A stretch of DNA of 64,000 bases, taken from the NCBI GenBank assembly GCA_032718475.1, contig JAUCBJ010001849.1, forward strand, positions 1 through 64,000. Direction: 5' to 3'. Positions 25,459-36,475 of this stretch are shown in pieces. The stretch comes from Nemertoderma westbladi (lineage: Eukaryota; Animalia; Xenacoelomorpha). Every line of letters starts with the position of its first letter. The first letter of the stretch is position 1. The position numbers and the translations under genes were made by a program. Below the pieces are notes generated by a model. That model saw only the letters and a list, made by a program, of their open reading frames with translations, ran no database searches and was not told where the DNA came from.

Positions 25459-27455
25459 TCACCGGGGGTCCACCGGGGGAAAACCGACACCGCGGGGGGC
25501 GTCGGTGCCCACCGTGGGAATACCGACACCGCGGCGGGCGTCGGTGCCCACCGGGGGAATACCGAGACCGCGGGGGGCGTCGGTGCCCACCGTGGGAATA
25601 CCGACACCGCGGGGGGCGTCGGTGCCCACCGTGGGAATACCGACACCGCGGGGGGCGTCGGTGCCCACCGTGGGAATACCGACACCGCGGCGGGCGTCGG
25701 TGCCCACCGTGGGAATACCGACACCGCTGGGGGCGTCGGTGCCCACCGTGGGAATACCGACACCGCGGGGGGCGTCGGTGCCCACCGGGGGAATACCGAC
25801 ACCGCGGGGAGCGTCGGTGCCCACCGGGGGAATACCGACACCGCGGGGAGCGTCGGTGCCCACCGGGGGAATACCGACACCGCGGGGAGCGTCGGTGCCC
25901 ACCGTGGGAATACCGAGACCGCGGGGAGCGTCGGTGCCCACCGGGGGAATACCGACACCGCGGGGGGCGTCGGTGCCCACCGTGGGAATACCGACACCGC
26001 GGGGGGCGTCGGTGCCCACCGGGGGAATACCGACACCGCGGGGAGCGTCGGTGCCCACCGGGGGAATACCGACACCGCGGGGAGCGTCGGTGCCCACCGG
26101 GGGAATACCGACACCGCGGGGAGCGTCGGTGCCCACCGTGGGAATACCGACACCGCGGGGAGCGTCGGTGCCCACCGGGGGAATACCGACACCGCGGGGG
26201 GCGTCGGTGCCCACCGTGGGAATACCGACACCGCGGGGACTCATCGCGGACTCGTTAACTGGACTCCGTGGCTCCCAGCGGGACCGTTTCATTGGCGGAT
26301 CCCCGGCCACGGTTTGGCCAATAGGCAGACGTTGCGGGAGACCAACGGGCCGAGGGACGTTGATGGACATTAGCGGAACGGAAATCTGGGGAGCGCCTAA
26401 GCGAGAGGGGGCCGCGCTCCTCGCCATACTCTGTGGAACAAAGTTCCTCGGGCCGTTCCAAACGGGACCTTGCGATGGGAACCGGTTATCCGGAGTTTGG
26501 GTCAGCAAAGGAACGCGTTCTTCCTGTTTGCTGGGAAACCCGCCGACTGGACTCACACCCGACTCAATAACGCCGCCGTGCGAGGTTTTCGGTTTTTCTT
26601 GTAAAGTGTCAGAGTTATCATCGGAAGCGGTGGCATTGCCTTCTATATGGCTTATATATATGGTTATATTGTCGTCATCCTCAACACCATCGCCACCTAT
26701 ATCTGCTGTGTTATAATAAGGAGCCCCTACTACGGCCTCATTGCTCATGGGAGCGCGGGGCCGTGGGATAAAGTTCATCCCACGAACCATACTGTCAGCA
26801 GTTACTCCAAACCTAGGCATAAACTCCGCTCTCTGGACGCCAACTAAAGGACGCCCAAATCGGTCTACAGGGAAGCGAGCGCCCATAGGATGGTTCTCCG
26901 GTTGCAAGGCCATGGGAAACGCCGGAATCCCAGGGAACACTTGGGATGCGGTTGTTTTTAGGGTGGGAATCGCAGAAACCTTCATGGCGGGCGGCGTGGG
27001 CAGGGTTTCGGACACGTTGGCAGCCCCGGATGCAGGAGGGAGCATGGGTGGGAGCGATTCGGGGTCGATGGTACCGCCCTGGAGGAATTTATCGAAATCG
27101 TCCGGGAGAAACCGCCAGGGTATAGTGGCGACCCCGACCCCGACATCCCAGTAGCTCTTCCAGTCGCTAAACGTCTGAAAACCCCTCCCGGGTGCGAACC
27201 TCGGGTTCGAGTTGATCGCATTCCCCCCCAGAATCACCGGTCTACGGGACTCTATGGCCGACACCGCAGCGCGTCTGTCGACCATTACTATAAGGGCGCA
27301 GCCCTTGGATTGAATGACGTCCACGGACGATACCGGTCCGAACTCCTGGAACACCCCACGTAACTCCGCTTCCGTTGTGCTCTTGGGAAGATGTCCCAAC
27401 CATATTGTAGTGCTGCACACCTGTAGACACTCCGGTGACACTTTGGGAGGTAAAC
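25459..27455 (-). CDS. SCAF8: SCAF4/SCAF8-like protein, exon 2 (RRM + Pro-rich + 13-aa repeat)
   Basis: Acceptor TGTATAG|GT gives KKGLPPK...VCSTTIWLGHL...GCALIVM...FAPGRG...WDVGVGVATIPW, the SCAF4/8 RRM. In-frame 39-bp repeat at about 25480-26240. Stop at 25459. Confidence 0.85.
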
Positions 27456-27668
27456 CTATACAGAGGGACAGAAAATAAAATAATTTAAATGGCAAAAAGT
27501 ATGTTGGTGGGTTAACTATGCCAGCAATGATATATGTTGCTAAATCTCATAAGTAAAAGTAGACGAGTGCTGTTTTGGTTTTCTATAAAGTACTTTTATC
27601 AACGTGATTGATTATGCAATTTTATTGATAAAAAAATGTCAGACTTTCCGAGGAGGCATTGTTTAAAT

Positions 27669-29324
27669 TAGGGATGTCCCGGAATCGATATTTTGATTCC
27701 GGCCGGAACCGGAACCGGAATTCAACATGCCGGAATATTCCGGCCGGAATTCCGGCCGGAACCGGAATTCTCTATAATTAGTGAAATACACTAAATTACC
27801 CATGAAACTTTATAATTTTTTGTGAAACAGATTAATTTTTTTAATTTCTACAGCTAAGTTTGATAATGAGATGAATCAGAACCTTGGGGGGAATTAAGGT
27901 AGGTGTAGTGGAGAATGGCCTGGGCCCTTATGGGGACGGGATGGTACTTCGGCATTGAACGACAGGGAATTCAATATAATTTTTTTCTAAAATCTATATC
28001 TTTGGCCAAAAGTTAGGTTTTTTTGCATTTAGACTCATACCTAAAAACCTACGTTAACCAAAAACCTTTGGTTTCGCGTCATTAGGTCCTTTGGTGCAAT
28101 ATCCTGGTGTCTTTAAGGGAAAGATGCATGTTACTGTGACATGTTATTCGAACCAAAACAATAAACGAGGCCAATAAATAGTACATGTTACAGTTTAATT
28201 ATTGCTGGGAATAAATAGATTTATGGTACGAAATGGATTTGCTGTAAATAGAAATTAAACTACTATATATATTATGCAGCACCTTCGACGCAGGACTGAA
28301 CTAACGACCATTCGCAGGACCTGTACGTATTGTAATTATTAATATTGTAAAACCACTATTTAAGGCCCGTGCTCCACTGGTAAGTCTTATGTAGTCTTAG
28401 TCAGAATAAATTATGGAACACATTGGTTTCAATGGGAGCGTCTCCACTGGTAAATCGTAAGTTACGACCGATGAGTCGAAGAAAGTGATTAGGTCCCATG
28501 TTCCACCTTTTGACACATGACTCATGTGTTATATCCCGCAAGAGACCTGTGATTGGTTACTTTGGGTATAAATATGCAGTAAATGTGAGACGCATCTTAT
28601 ATTTTCTATCAAATGACTTATGACTTGTGTTACCAATGGAGCAAGGAGGCATTCATTTTGACATTCTGACCAGTGGGACACGGGCCTATTGATGCATTTC
28701 ATTAGTTAATGTAAATTACGATGGTTTTTGTGAATTGTATATGAATACTACAGTAAGTGGTGTAACACATGGTGGGACCATTGTAGTTTGATGACCAGGT
28801 GAATTTTTTTTGGAAATGTGTTACATAGACCCATCAAGACTGCATTCACTTTAATAAACTAAACAGGGTGGCTGTGAATTTTCCCTCGTTAGATAGATTA
28901 GTTAGATTCCACCTTGGTGTACTGGTTGCATTGATTTCCAATCTATCTGGTGGTCGTGGGTTCGATCCCACCATGTGGGCCAATGCAGTTTTCGATTTAG
29001 CACGAATGGTTTGAAGCTTGAAGGGGCTACCCATGGGGCATCTATGCCTGGCATCCTTGAATGTTACATCTAACGGTCGAAGAAAACTTCATTTCTATAC
29101 TTTTTTACAAGTTTTGAAAAGTATTTTAAACTAATTGGAAATAATGTTAAAAAAATATATAAAAGTTGATAATAATTTAACAAACTAATTGCAACTATCA
29201 AACTAGTTAGGAACCTGGTAATTCCGGTAAAATTCCGGCCGGAATTGACCCCATTCCGGCCGGAACCGGAATCGGGCAAAAACCGCCGGAATTCCGGCCG
29301 GAACGGAATTCCGGGACATCCCTA
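27669..29324. mobile_element. Non-autonomous hAT-like DNA transposon in the SCAF intron
   Basis: TIR TAGGGATGTCCCGGAAT / ATTCCGGGACATCCCTA. 8-bp TSD GTTTAAAT (27661-27668, 29325-29332). Subterminal CCGG-rich repeats at both ends. Confidence 0.9.
28363..28687. mobile_element. Harbinger-like MITE nested in the hAT element
   Basis: 19-bp imperfect TIR AGGCCCGTGCTCCACTGGT / ACCAGTGGGACACGGGCCT with T/A-rich 3-bp flanks. Confidence 0.55.
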
Positions 29325-29332
29325 GTTTAAAT

Positions 29333-29490
29333 ACAACGTAGCGTAATTTAAGTAAGATACCGACATTACTGGGTTTCGTGTAAAGTTCGAAATCTATGTT
29401 TCCTAGACTTTTAACAGTCCTGATCGTGAGTACATCTAGGAAAGGAAGGCTGGAGTATGACTTCTCCATTGTGTACTTAATGGTTGGTAA
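29333..29490 (-). pseudogene. Penelope-like RT remnant interrupted by the hAT element
   Basis: PTIKYTMEKSYSSLPFLDVL...ELYTKPSNVG resembles the Penelope RT motif (IKFTxE...LPFLD...YRKPT). Confidence 0.6.
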
Positions 29491-29757
29491 TTATTTAATA
29501 AATTGCAATTATACTGCTTGGTTGAAATATCGGCAACTACAACATCCTTTTCTCGGACATCAGTAACAGATCTCATTACCCAACCCCAACAGATATTATC
29601 AACAATTACGACACTATATCCTGGGGATTGGTCTTTATATGATACAAAACAAAGACATACGAATAGAGCCTCTCCATATTAAGTACCGTTGATTACAGAT
29701 GATTAGGGAACTTTTAATATGATATTTAATAAATAATTTCGCTGTCACTGTACGAAC

Positions 29758-31252
29758 CTTTCTTCTCCCTTTCTCTCATCCGCACCCTCAGCTCCCCCTG
29801 TCTCTGTTCCTCTTCGTGTCTCTCCCGCTCCCGTTCATCCCGGTCCCGCAAACGTTGCTCCCGATCTTCGTTCATCCGGTACCCCGGAATCCGACCTGAC
29901 TTCGGCCCGAAACGGTCGGCCACCCCGCCTTCAGGAGCCAAATAGGAATCACGACTTCTCTGGTTGCTGGATTCGTCGCTGCTGGGCCGCGGCGGTAAGG
30001 GGGGCCCGGAGTCCCCAGTCTGTGAGGCGGGGGGCCCGCCAGGGGGGAGGGGAATGCTATCCGGATGGAAGGGGGGCCGTAGATGTTCGTTTAGGGTGAT
30101 CACCTGCGGTTGCCGGGGCCCAACGGGAGGTAGACGGCGTTGGTCGATATCCTGCAAGGCTGGGCCGAATCCCGGAAACTCGGCCACGCCCCCCAACCCC
30201 GGGATCGTCTGTCCGGGCGGCGTCCGGACGGCCGTGCCCATCGCGGGGGCTCCACGGGGTGACGTCATCTGGGGGCTAGTGTCAGACTCATCGCCATAAT
30301 CGAAGTCGAGAATCGCTTTGTTGAAGGGGACATCAGAGGGATTGGGGGGTTGCGGGGGAAGGGGGGCAGTGTGGCGAGGGGGTTGGGGCCCGGGGATACG
30401 GACCGCGGGATTGCTTCCCAGCATGGGGGCCGGGGGCCCCATGGAAAGCCCGGGCAACGAGAGCTGGGGGTTGGGCAGCCGCGCGCCGGCTAAGGCGGAA
30501 AGAGTTGAGGTTAGAGAGGCCAATGCGGCCAGGTCAATGTCGAGAGGTTGGAGTGCCTGGGGGGAGGTGAGGCGCTGCAGCAGCTGCTGCTGAACCATGT
30601 TCATCGGCTGGAATGGATTCATTGCGGAACTTTGCGCCATAATGTTTGAGAGAATCTTCATTGTCTCTTCCTGAGTCGGTGGATGCGCCTGTTGTAAAGT
30701 CTGGAGGATCTTTAGGGGGTCGGTTTCGCTCTGGACTACAGGAACTGTCGGTGCTATCGGCATGTACTGCGGTGAGGGGTTGACTTTCGCTATCTTGCGT
30801 TGCTGCGTTTGCGGTGTAACGAAATCCCCTGAAGCATCGGGATCAGCAGCGATATCAAGTAGTGGTTGAATGACCACCGACGGGAAGACTCCATTCTTTT
30901 GCCAGAGGTTTAGAACTCTCACGATTCTTGGCTTCTCGTCGCTTGTACACTTAAACAAGTTGTGGAATGTCACCTGAATGTTCTTAAGGAATCGCGGCCC
31001 GAAAACATCTTTATCTGCGCCGAACTGGTGACGCGATCGCCGAACTATGGAGTCAATCACATAGAGACCAGGAACTTTGTACTCCGGTTTACATTTCTGT
31101 ATAAATTTCTCTACGCTTTGAACGATATGTTCGTAGAATTTTATGCCCTCTATAGCGGATCGAGTAACCTGGGTCATCTTAGCATGCGATATTGGGGGGT
31201 GAACCACATATAGTGATGACAGCTCATCATTAAACTTTTTTACAACCTCCAT
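29758..31252 (-). CDS. SCAF8: SCAF4/SCAF8-like protein, exon 1 (CID domain + Pro/Gln-rich region)
   Basis: MEVVKKFNDELSSL...VEKFIQKCKPEYKVPGLYVIDSIVR.SRHQFG..KDVFGPRF...RIVRVLNLWQKNGVF and the conserved DFDYGD motif. ATG at 31252; donor AAAG|GTTCGT in phase 1. Confidence 0.92.
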
Positions 31253-31325
31253 AATTAAAATAAAGATAATTTCAGTGACCGAAAGTGAGAGTTTGTTGTT
31301 AGAGACTAGAGGAGATTGCAATTAC

Positions 31326-31585
31326 CTGATTCTATATCATGCACTAGGCCTAACGGATTCTGGTAGCCTGGAACTAGACCACCTGACCACTACAAAAACT
31401 GATGCGACAGAGCGAGGTGCCGTTAGCCAAACATTTCTCAGAGGCTGGTCCGATAACACTCAACGCATTGTTTGGTTGGACATTGACATTACCGGTATTG
31501 CATTATGCATTACAGTGTACATTACTGCATTATTACATACGGATTAGTATGGATTGAGAAATTGGATATATTTGACGTCAATGGA
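31326..31585 (-). repeat. Inverted partial copy of the dispersed repeat, immediately 5' of the SCAF start codon
   Basis: Reverse complement of 14226-14368 joined to 15570-15651, and of about 45612-45843. Confidence 0.88.
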
Positions 31586-31659
31586 GGTTTGGTTTGAGAA
31601 ATTAATACAGTAATATCACGTAGGCCTACCTAATCATATCTTTGCGTTAATTATTACTA

Positions 31660-31992
31660 GATCCACTGGCCCCCAGCCACCTTCAACAAACCATCATTGC
31701 CGAGGGGCACTGAGCTAAGGGGGCGGAGCGCATTAAAAACTCTAAGTATCGCGTAGACCTAATGGACCAGGGCCATTTATTTCACCCCGTGGCCTTTGAG
31801 ACCTTTGGCCGCCCTGGTCCAGAGACATCCACCTTCCTCCGGGAGATCGGGGCTCGTCTCCACAGTGCCACCCACGAACCGCGGTCACACCAGTTTCTGC
31901 TCCAACGCCTGGAGATGGCAATTTTGGTTGGTAATTCAGCCTCAGTCATGGGGACAGCAACCACGCCGACGATCGGTCTATTCGGGGACTGA
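31660..31992 (+). mobile_element. 3' fragment of an RLE-type (CRE-like) non-LTR retrotransposon
   Basis: K..KY...FHPVAFETFGRPG...FLREIGARL...FLLQRLEMAILVGNSASVMGT is the typical C-terminus after a restriction-like endonuclease. Confidence 0.7.
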
Positions 31993-32468
31993 AGAGCCGA
32001 AACCAATCGAAACTGTCGAAATGGTTGCCATTGCAGTCACCAACGGGATGACGGCCGAAGATATTCAATATTCAATACTCTATCTTATGCAATCTCAAAT
32101 ATTCAATGTTCGATCCCTAGATGGGGCAGTACTGTTTGGGCACAGTGCTTTAAATGCTGCAGCCTAGCCCAACCCCGGCTTTCATCCTTCAGTGGTCGAT
32201 TGGGAACCAAGGCAACTTGGGAAACAGAGTGGAAGGGTTTACTGTGGAAGATCACCCATGGTGGTGAACAGGCATTCCTTGGCTTAACGAGCCTAAAAGA
32301 TTCTCCCATTCAAATATTCAATTCGGTACTGTACCTTCAATTAAATATTCAATCTTAGTATTATTTCTGTGCTTCGTTATTTAATAATGTGATCATTATA
32401 TTAACATTTATATAGTTTTGAATTAATTGTTTCGAAATCAACAGTTATTCAATAAACTTATACAGCAG

Positions 32469-32887
32469 TATGGTGGCCCATGGCTGCCACTATAAAACTC
32501 TTGATAAAATATTTTAAAACAAAAAATAAAAAAAAAATAAAATAAAAAAAAAAAAAAAATAAAAAAAAAAATAAATAAATAAAAATAAAATAAAAAATAA
32601 ATAAAAATAAAAAAAAAATAAAAAAATAAAAATACCCCACGTGGCCCAGGGCTGCCATCACCCCATAATCAGATAACAGTTGGCCCATGGCTGCCATTAA
32701 AAAAAATAGTAAAAAAAAATAAAATACCTCCTCGTGGCCCAGGGCTGCCACTGCCCCCAGAATCAGTAATAGTATTGGCCCATGGCTGCCATTAAAAAAA
32801 ATAATAAAAAAAAAAATAAAATAACCCTCATGGCCCAGGGCTGCCACTGCCCCCAGAATCAGTAATAGTATTGGACCATGGCTGCCA
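32469..32887 (+). repeat. Left terminal inverted repeat with 7 copies of TGGCCCA(T/G)GGCTGCCA
   Basis: Motif copies near 32474, 32643, 32681, 32735, 32776, 32831 and 32872, plus an A-rich tract of about 110 bp. Confidence 0.92.
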
Positions 32888-33254
32888 GACTGCTGTACTA
32901 AGAATACTGTATACTGTACTGCTGTAGTACTGTCAGATTGTAGGCCTACTGATACTGCAGTACTGCTACTGTGCTAGGAGCACTGATACAAAAAGCAGAA
33001 ATACTTACCGATACGGGATACGATACGGTACGGTACCTGTCTGCCTGTACCGTTTTCGTATTGCCGAATTTTGTCGATTCTCATTTAGAGAGATCTCATT
33101 CTGGCAGTCTGGTACAGTATTAATGCTGTAATGGTATCGGTACCAGTTAACCAGTATCGCAATCAGCAGGCTTATATCTGTTTAGGCATATCTATCAGTC
33201 TATAGGCCTAGGCTTTTACCAAGATATACGGTACCGGTAGTTTAAATTGTGATT

Positions 33255-34556
33255 ATGGAAAGGAAAATCCGCAAGGAAGATGGTGATCTGCTGGCTAATA
33301 TTGAACATAAACTGGCGGCTAAGCGTATAAAACGACAATCGGATCGGCAGGGGACGAAATTATGCAAGGGTTCCCGTTCCGGTACTGGAAGTGCATATGT
33401 GAATGTTCAACGACTTTCAGAATTTGTAAATCGACAAGGTAAATATGCTACACTTGGTAGCCGTCATTTTGTACCATATAATTATCATGACTTTACAATA
33501 GAAGAACTAAAGAAATCATGTGAAGAGTATTTTGGGGAACCTGATGGAACTTGTGATGTCCTTGCCACCGACAGGGGACCCAGCTGCTTGGAGGAAAGTC
33601 AAATTCAAGGTAAGAAAGTGTACTATGTTCGATTCTTATCTGAGCCTGTGACACCAATTTCAACCAAAGTTGACTATACCCGTACCAGTCCTTCTGGAAG
33701 CAATAATTCGGAAATGTCACCCGCTTCTATCAGTATCCAAAGTGTGAAAAAACCAGTGTATCCTAAAAGTATCCCATTGTCGAAATTACTTAGGGCCGGC
33801 ATGTTAATGCCTAGTACATCAGCTAATAAACTAGAGGAGTGTGATATAATAACCGAAGAATTTAATGTTACCAGCGGTACGTGGTGTTTTAATAAATCAA
33901 AAGAGTACAAAGTAAGCATGGAATCCTTTGCTGAAGGTGGATTTAGGCGAGCTTATGCTGCGTATAATAGCGATATGTCTGCGAAATTTGTTATTAAGAA
34001 GTATACTACGGAATCTTCTGACTTGTTTAAGGAAGAATTCGGATTGGATAAACAACAACATCCACGAAAACAAGTACAAATGCATGAAGTTGCATCTGCC
34101 CTATGTTCATCTTGGGCCAAGAATCTCTCTGATACCTATTCTGAATGCGGGCCATTGTTGAAATATAACAAAATATGGCTTGGTCATATTGGGGAAGAAT
34201 GCTTTACTATCGAAGATTTTGTTGGAGGTGATTTTATAAAATACGTCAACAACGATGGAAGTTTAGTTTCCATACCACCTGTTGAATCGGAAGACCTCCT
34301 TGACCGACAAATTAAAGCTGAGTCGTTTACCCACTACTCATATATCCATTCTAAGAAGAAGTTAATGGTCCTTGATATTCAAGGCGCCAATTATGACCTA
34401 TATGATCCTGAGATATCAACAATGGTACTGGCGGAAGAGGATAAAGAGTTTTATTTTTGTGCTGGAAATTGCAGTGTTGTAGGAATCGCGACTTTTCTTA
34501 AGCAGCACAAATGCAACAAATACTGTCAGTATTTGGATTTGGTTACTGAGGAGTAA
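33255..34556 (+). CDS. Alpha-kinase (eEF2K/TRPM7/ALPK-type atypical protein kinase), intronless transposon cargo, 433 aa
   Basis: FAEGGFRRAY, FVIKKY, IEDFVGGDFIKYVNNDG, AESFTHYSY, LMVLDIQG, LYDPEI, AGN and the Zn-binding HKCNKYC are all intact. First ATG at 33255. Confidence 0.93.
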   Translation: MERKIRKEDGDLLANIEHKLAAKRIKRQSDRQGTKLCKGSRSGTGSAYVNVQRLSEFVNRQGKYATLGSRHFVPYNYHDFTIEELKKSCEEYFGEPDGTCDVLATDRGPSCLEESQIQGKKVYYVRFLSEPVTPISTKVDYTRTSPSGSNNSEMSPASISIQSVKKPVYPKSIPLSKLLRAGMLMPSTSANKLEECDIITEEFNVTSGTWCFNKSKEYKVSMESFAEGGFRRAYAAYNSDMSAKFVIKKYTTESSDLFKEEFGLDKQQHPRKQVQMHEVASALCSSWAKNLSDTYSECGPLLKYNKIWLGHIGEECFTIEDFVGGDFIKYVNNDGSLVSIPPVESEDLLDRQIKAESFTHYSYIHSKKKLMVLDIQGANYDLYDPEISTMVLAEEDKEFYFCAGNCSVVGIATFLKQHKCNKYCQYLDLVTEE

Positions 34557-34946
34557 GTGACACTAACTGTTTTGTGGTACGAAGAGTTACTCAAGTTTTC
34601 TGTTTATTGTGTTTGTTAGCTTTATAGTTTAGTTTTTAGATTTATAGTTTAGTTTTTTCAGCTTTATAGTTTAGTTTTTTTAGATTTATGTACGAGTGAC
34701 ATATATAAACAACTTAAACATTGGCTATGTTATAACTCTAATTATATTTAGATTAACCAAACTATAGCAGTTTTCGATTAGAATGAATGATTTGAAGGGA
34801 CTAGCCAGGGCGCATCTCTTCTGCTTTGCATCCATGGGGGTGGGGGGGGGGGGGGTCACTAATTAAAAAAAAATCGATTTTTCAATTACAATCCCCTCTA
34901 GTGCAGATTTTTATGTAACCATAACTGTTTATTTATATACTATTTA

Positions 34947-35194
34947 CTAAACATCACTATTTATCACATAAGTTTTCAATTCTATAAATGTTTGCTGAGA
35001 TGTTGCGATTGTGACGCGATTGAGGGTTTGAAGATAATCGTTACAATATTCTTCAAGTGCAGAGTTTAGCAATAGTGGGGGATGCTTTACCTTCAGTGTC
35101 TCTGCTGCTTCTTCTAATCTTTCTACATCGAGGTCTAGTCCCTGTTGTTCACTCCCGTAAGACTCAGGATGGTTGAAAATGTAGTCTGGGATAC
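34947..35194 (-). CDS. Transposase exon 2
   Basis: Acceptor TTTTCCTTTCAG|GT in phase 1 gives ...LPTG-IPDYIFNHPESYG..., with the stop at 34947. Confidence 0.8.
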
Positions 35195-35390
35195 CTGAAA
35201 GGAAAATGAGCAAAACATATCTAAAATTATATAGTACCATGTATTAGTAGACTATTGGAAACTAACTGTAACTAGTACAATTACCCTCTGATTATGCAAC
35301 TGCCACCCTCACCAAACACTATTGCGACCCAACAGATTAATCTAAATTCCAAACAGGTGTCGCAATTGTCCTAACTTCCTTACCACTAAC

Positions 35391-36354
35391 CTGTAGGCAA
35401 ATCAATTTTCTGTGCGCGTATCCTATGACTATTCCATTCTTCGATGAATTTATCAAGAATTTCTTGAAGCACAGGTAAATACACCATTGCCATTAACTGT
35501 CGATCAACTTGACTCCCTGGATCATAATTGTGACAATGAAGCAATTCCCGCAGTTGGTCTTTCAGCACACCCTCAACCCGGTCTGTCAACTCCCTCCACC
35601 AACGCTCTATCTTATTCGTAGTCGATGGACCATAAATTATGCTCTCCGATGCATCTTCAAAAACATCTAGGGTTTCAATTAAGTATGCATGTAAAGTCGC
35701 GGCCTTACCCGTTTCAGTTCCACAATCAAAGCGGCAGTAAATTGGGATCTGATTAGTTTCCTTGAGCATTTCATAATATAAGTTGCCAATAACGATGGGA
35801 TTTGAGTTAGAATAAACTGCCTTGCACATTAGGACTTTCCTGGAGTATGTATCCAAGCATCCATAAATTCCTATAGGAAAAGTTGAGTTTTGAAATCCAC
35901 AGGGTTTGTCATGGCCATCGAAACTTAGCATAAACATTGGACCATCGGATGTGAAATTTCCTTTCATTCTCTTCTTTTTAAATCTTGGCGTACGATGTGC
36001 CAATCCTTCAGGGTCAACCGCTTTCATAACTGCATGCGTTACCTTACGTGGAATTTTTATGTCATGTTGTACTCTAAGTCTTTGATTGACTGCGCGATAC
36101 CCCATGTCTCGACTGTTTCCGTTAAGTTCGTTTTTCACTGTTTGTATTATGTTATCCAAATTTTCTGCGTAATTGATATATTTAATTTCGAAGAATCGTA
36201 ATCGACGATCGAGCGTCCTTAAGCTCCAGTCATAATAATTAAATTCGTCTTTCACAAGATTTAAAATCTCTTTTCTGTGGAAGTTTTTCCTAACTAAATC
36301 CTTAAGTTTAGTTTTTAATACAACATCACTTTGCCAAATACACGTAGTCGCCAT
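35391..36354 (-). CDS. IS3/IS481-like (integrase-core) DDE transposase, exon 1; spliced product 403 aa
   Basis: HTH-like GYRAVNQRLR...VDPEG. Candidate catalytic residues in SFDGHDK, RFDCGTET and NKIERWW; also GCLDTYSR and EEWNSHRIR. Donor ACAG|GTTAGT; 196-bp intron at 35195-35390. Confidence 0.9.
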
Positions 36355-36475
36355 CTCCTCATTTGAGATGTAGTGAGCTGTCCACTGTCAGACTGCCTAA
36401 CAGGCAGAGCAACAAAGTTGAAAGGTCAGTACTGCAGTACGGCATCTGGAACTGCGGTAGGCCTACTGCGTGATG

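Noticed and set aside
32460-32469. Alternative 10-bp TSD ATACAGCAGT for the kinase transposon
   Set aside because: It overlaps the TIR bases at both ends. TAT...ATA termini with CAGCAG is the only self-consistent boundary.
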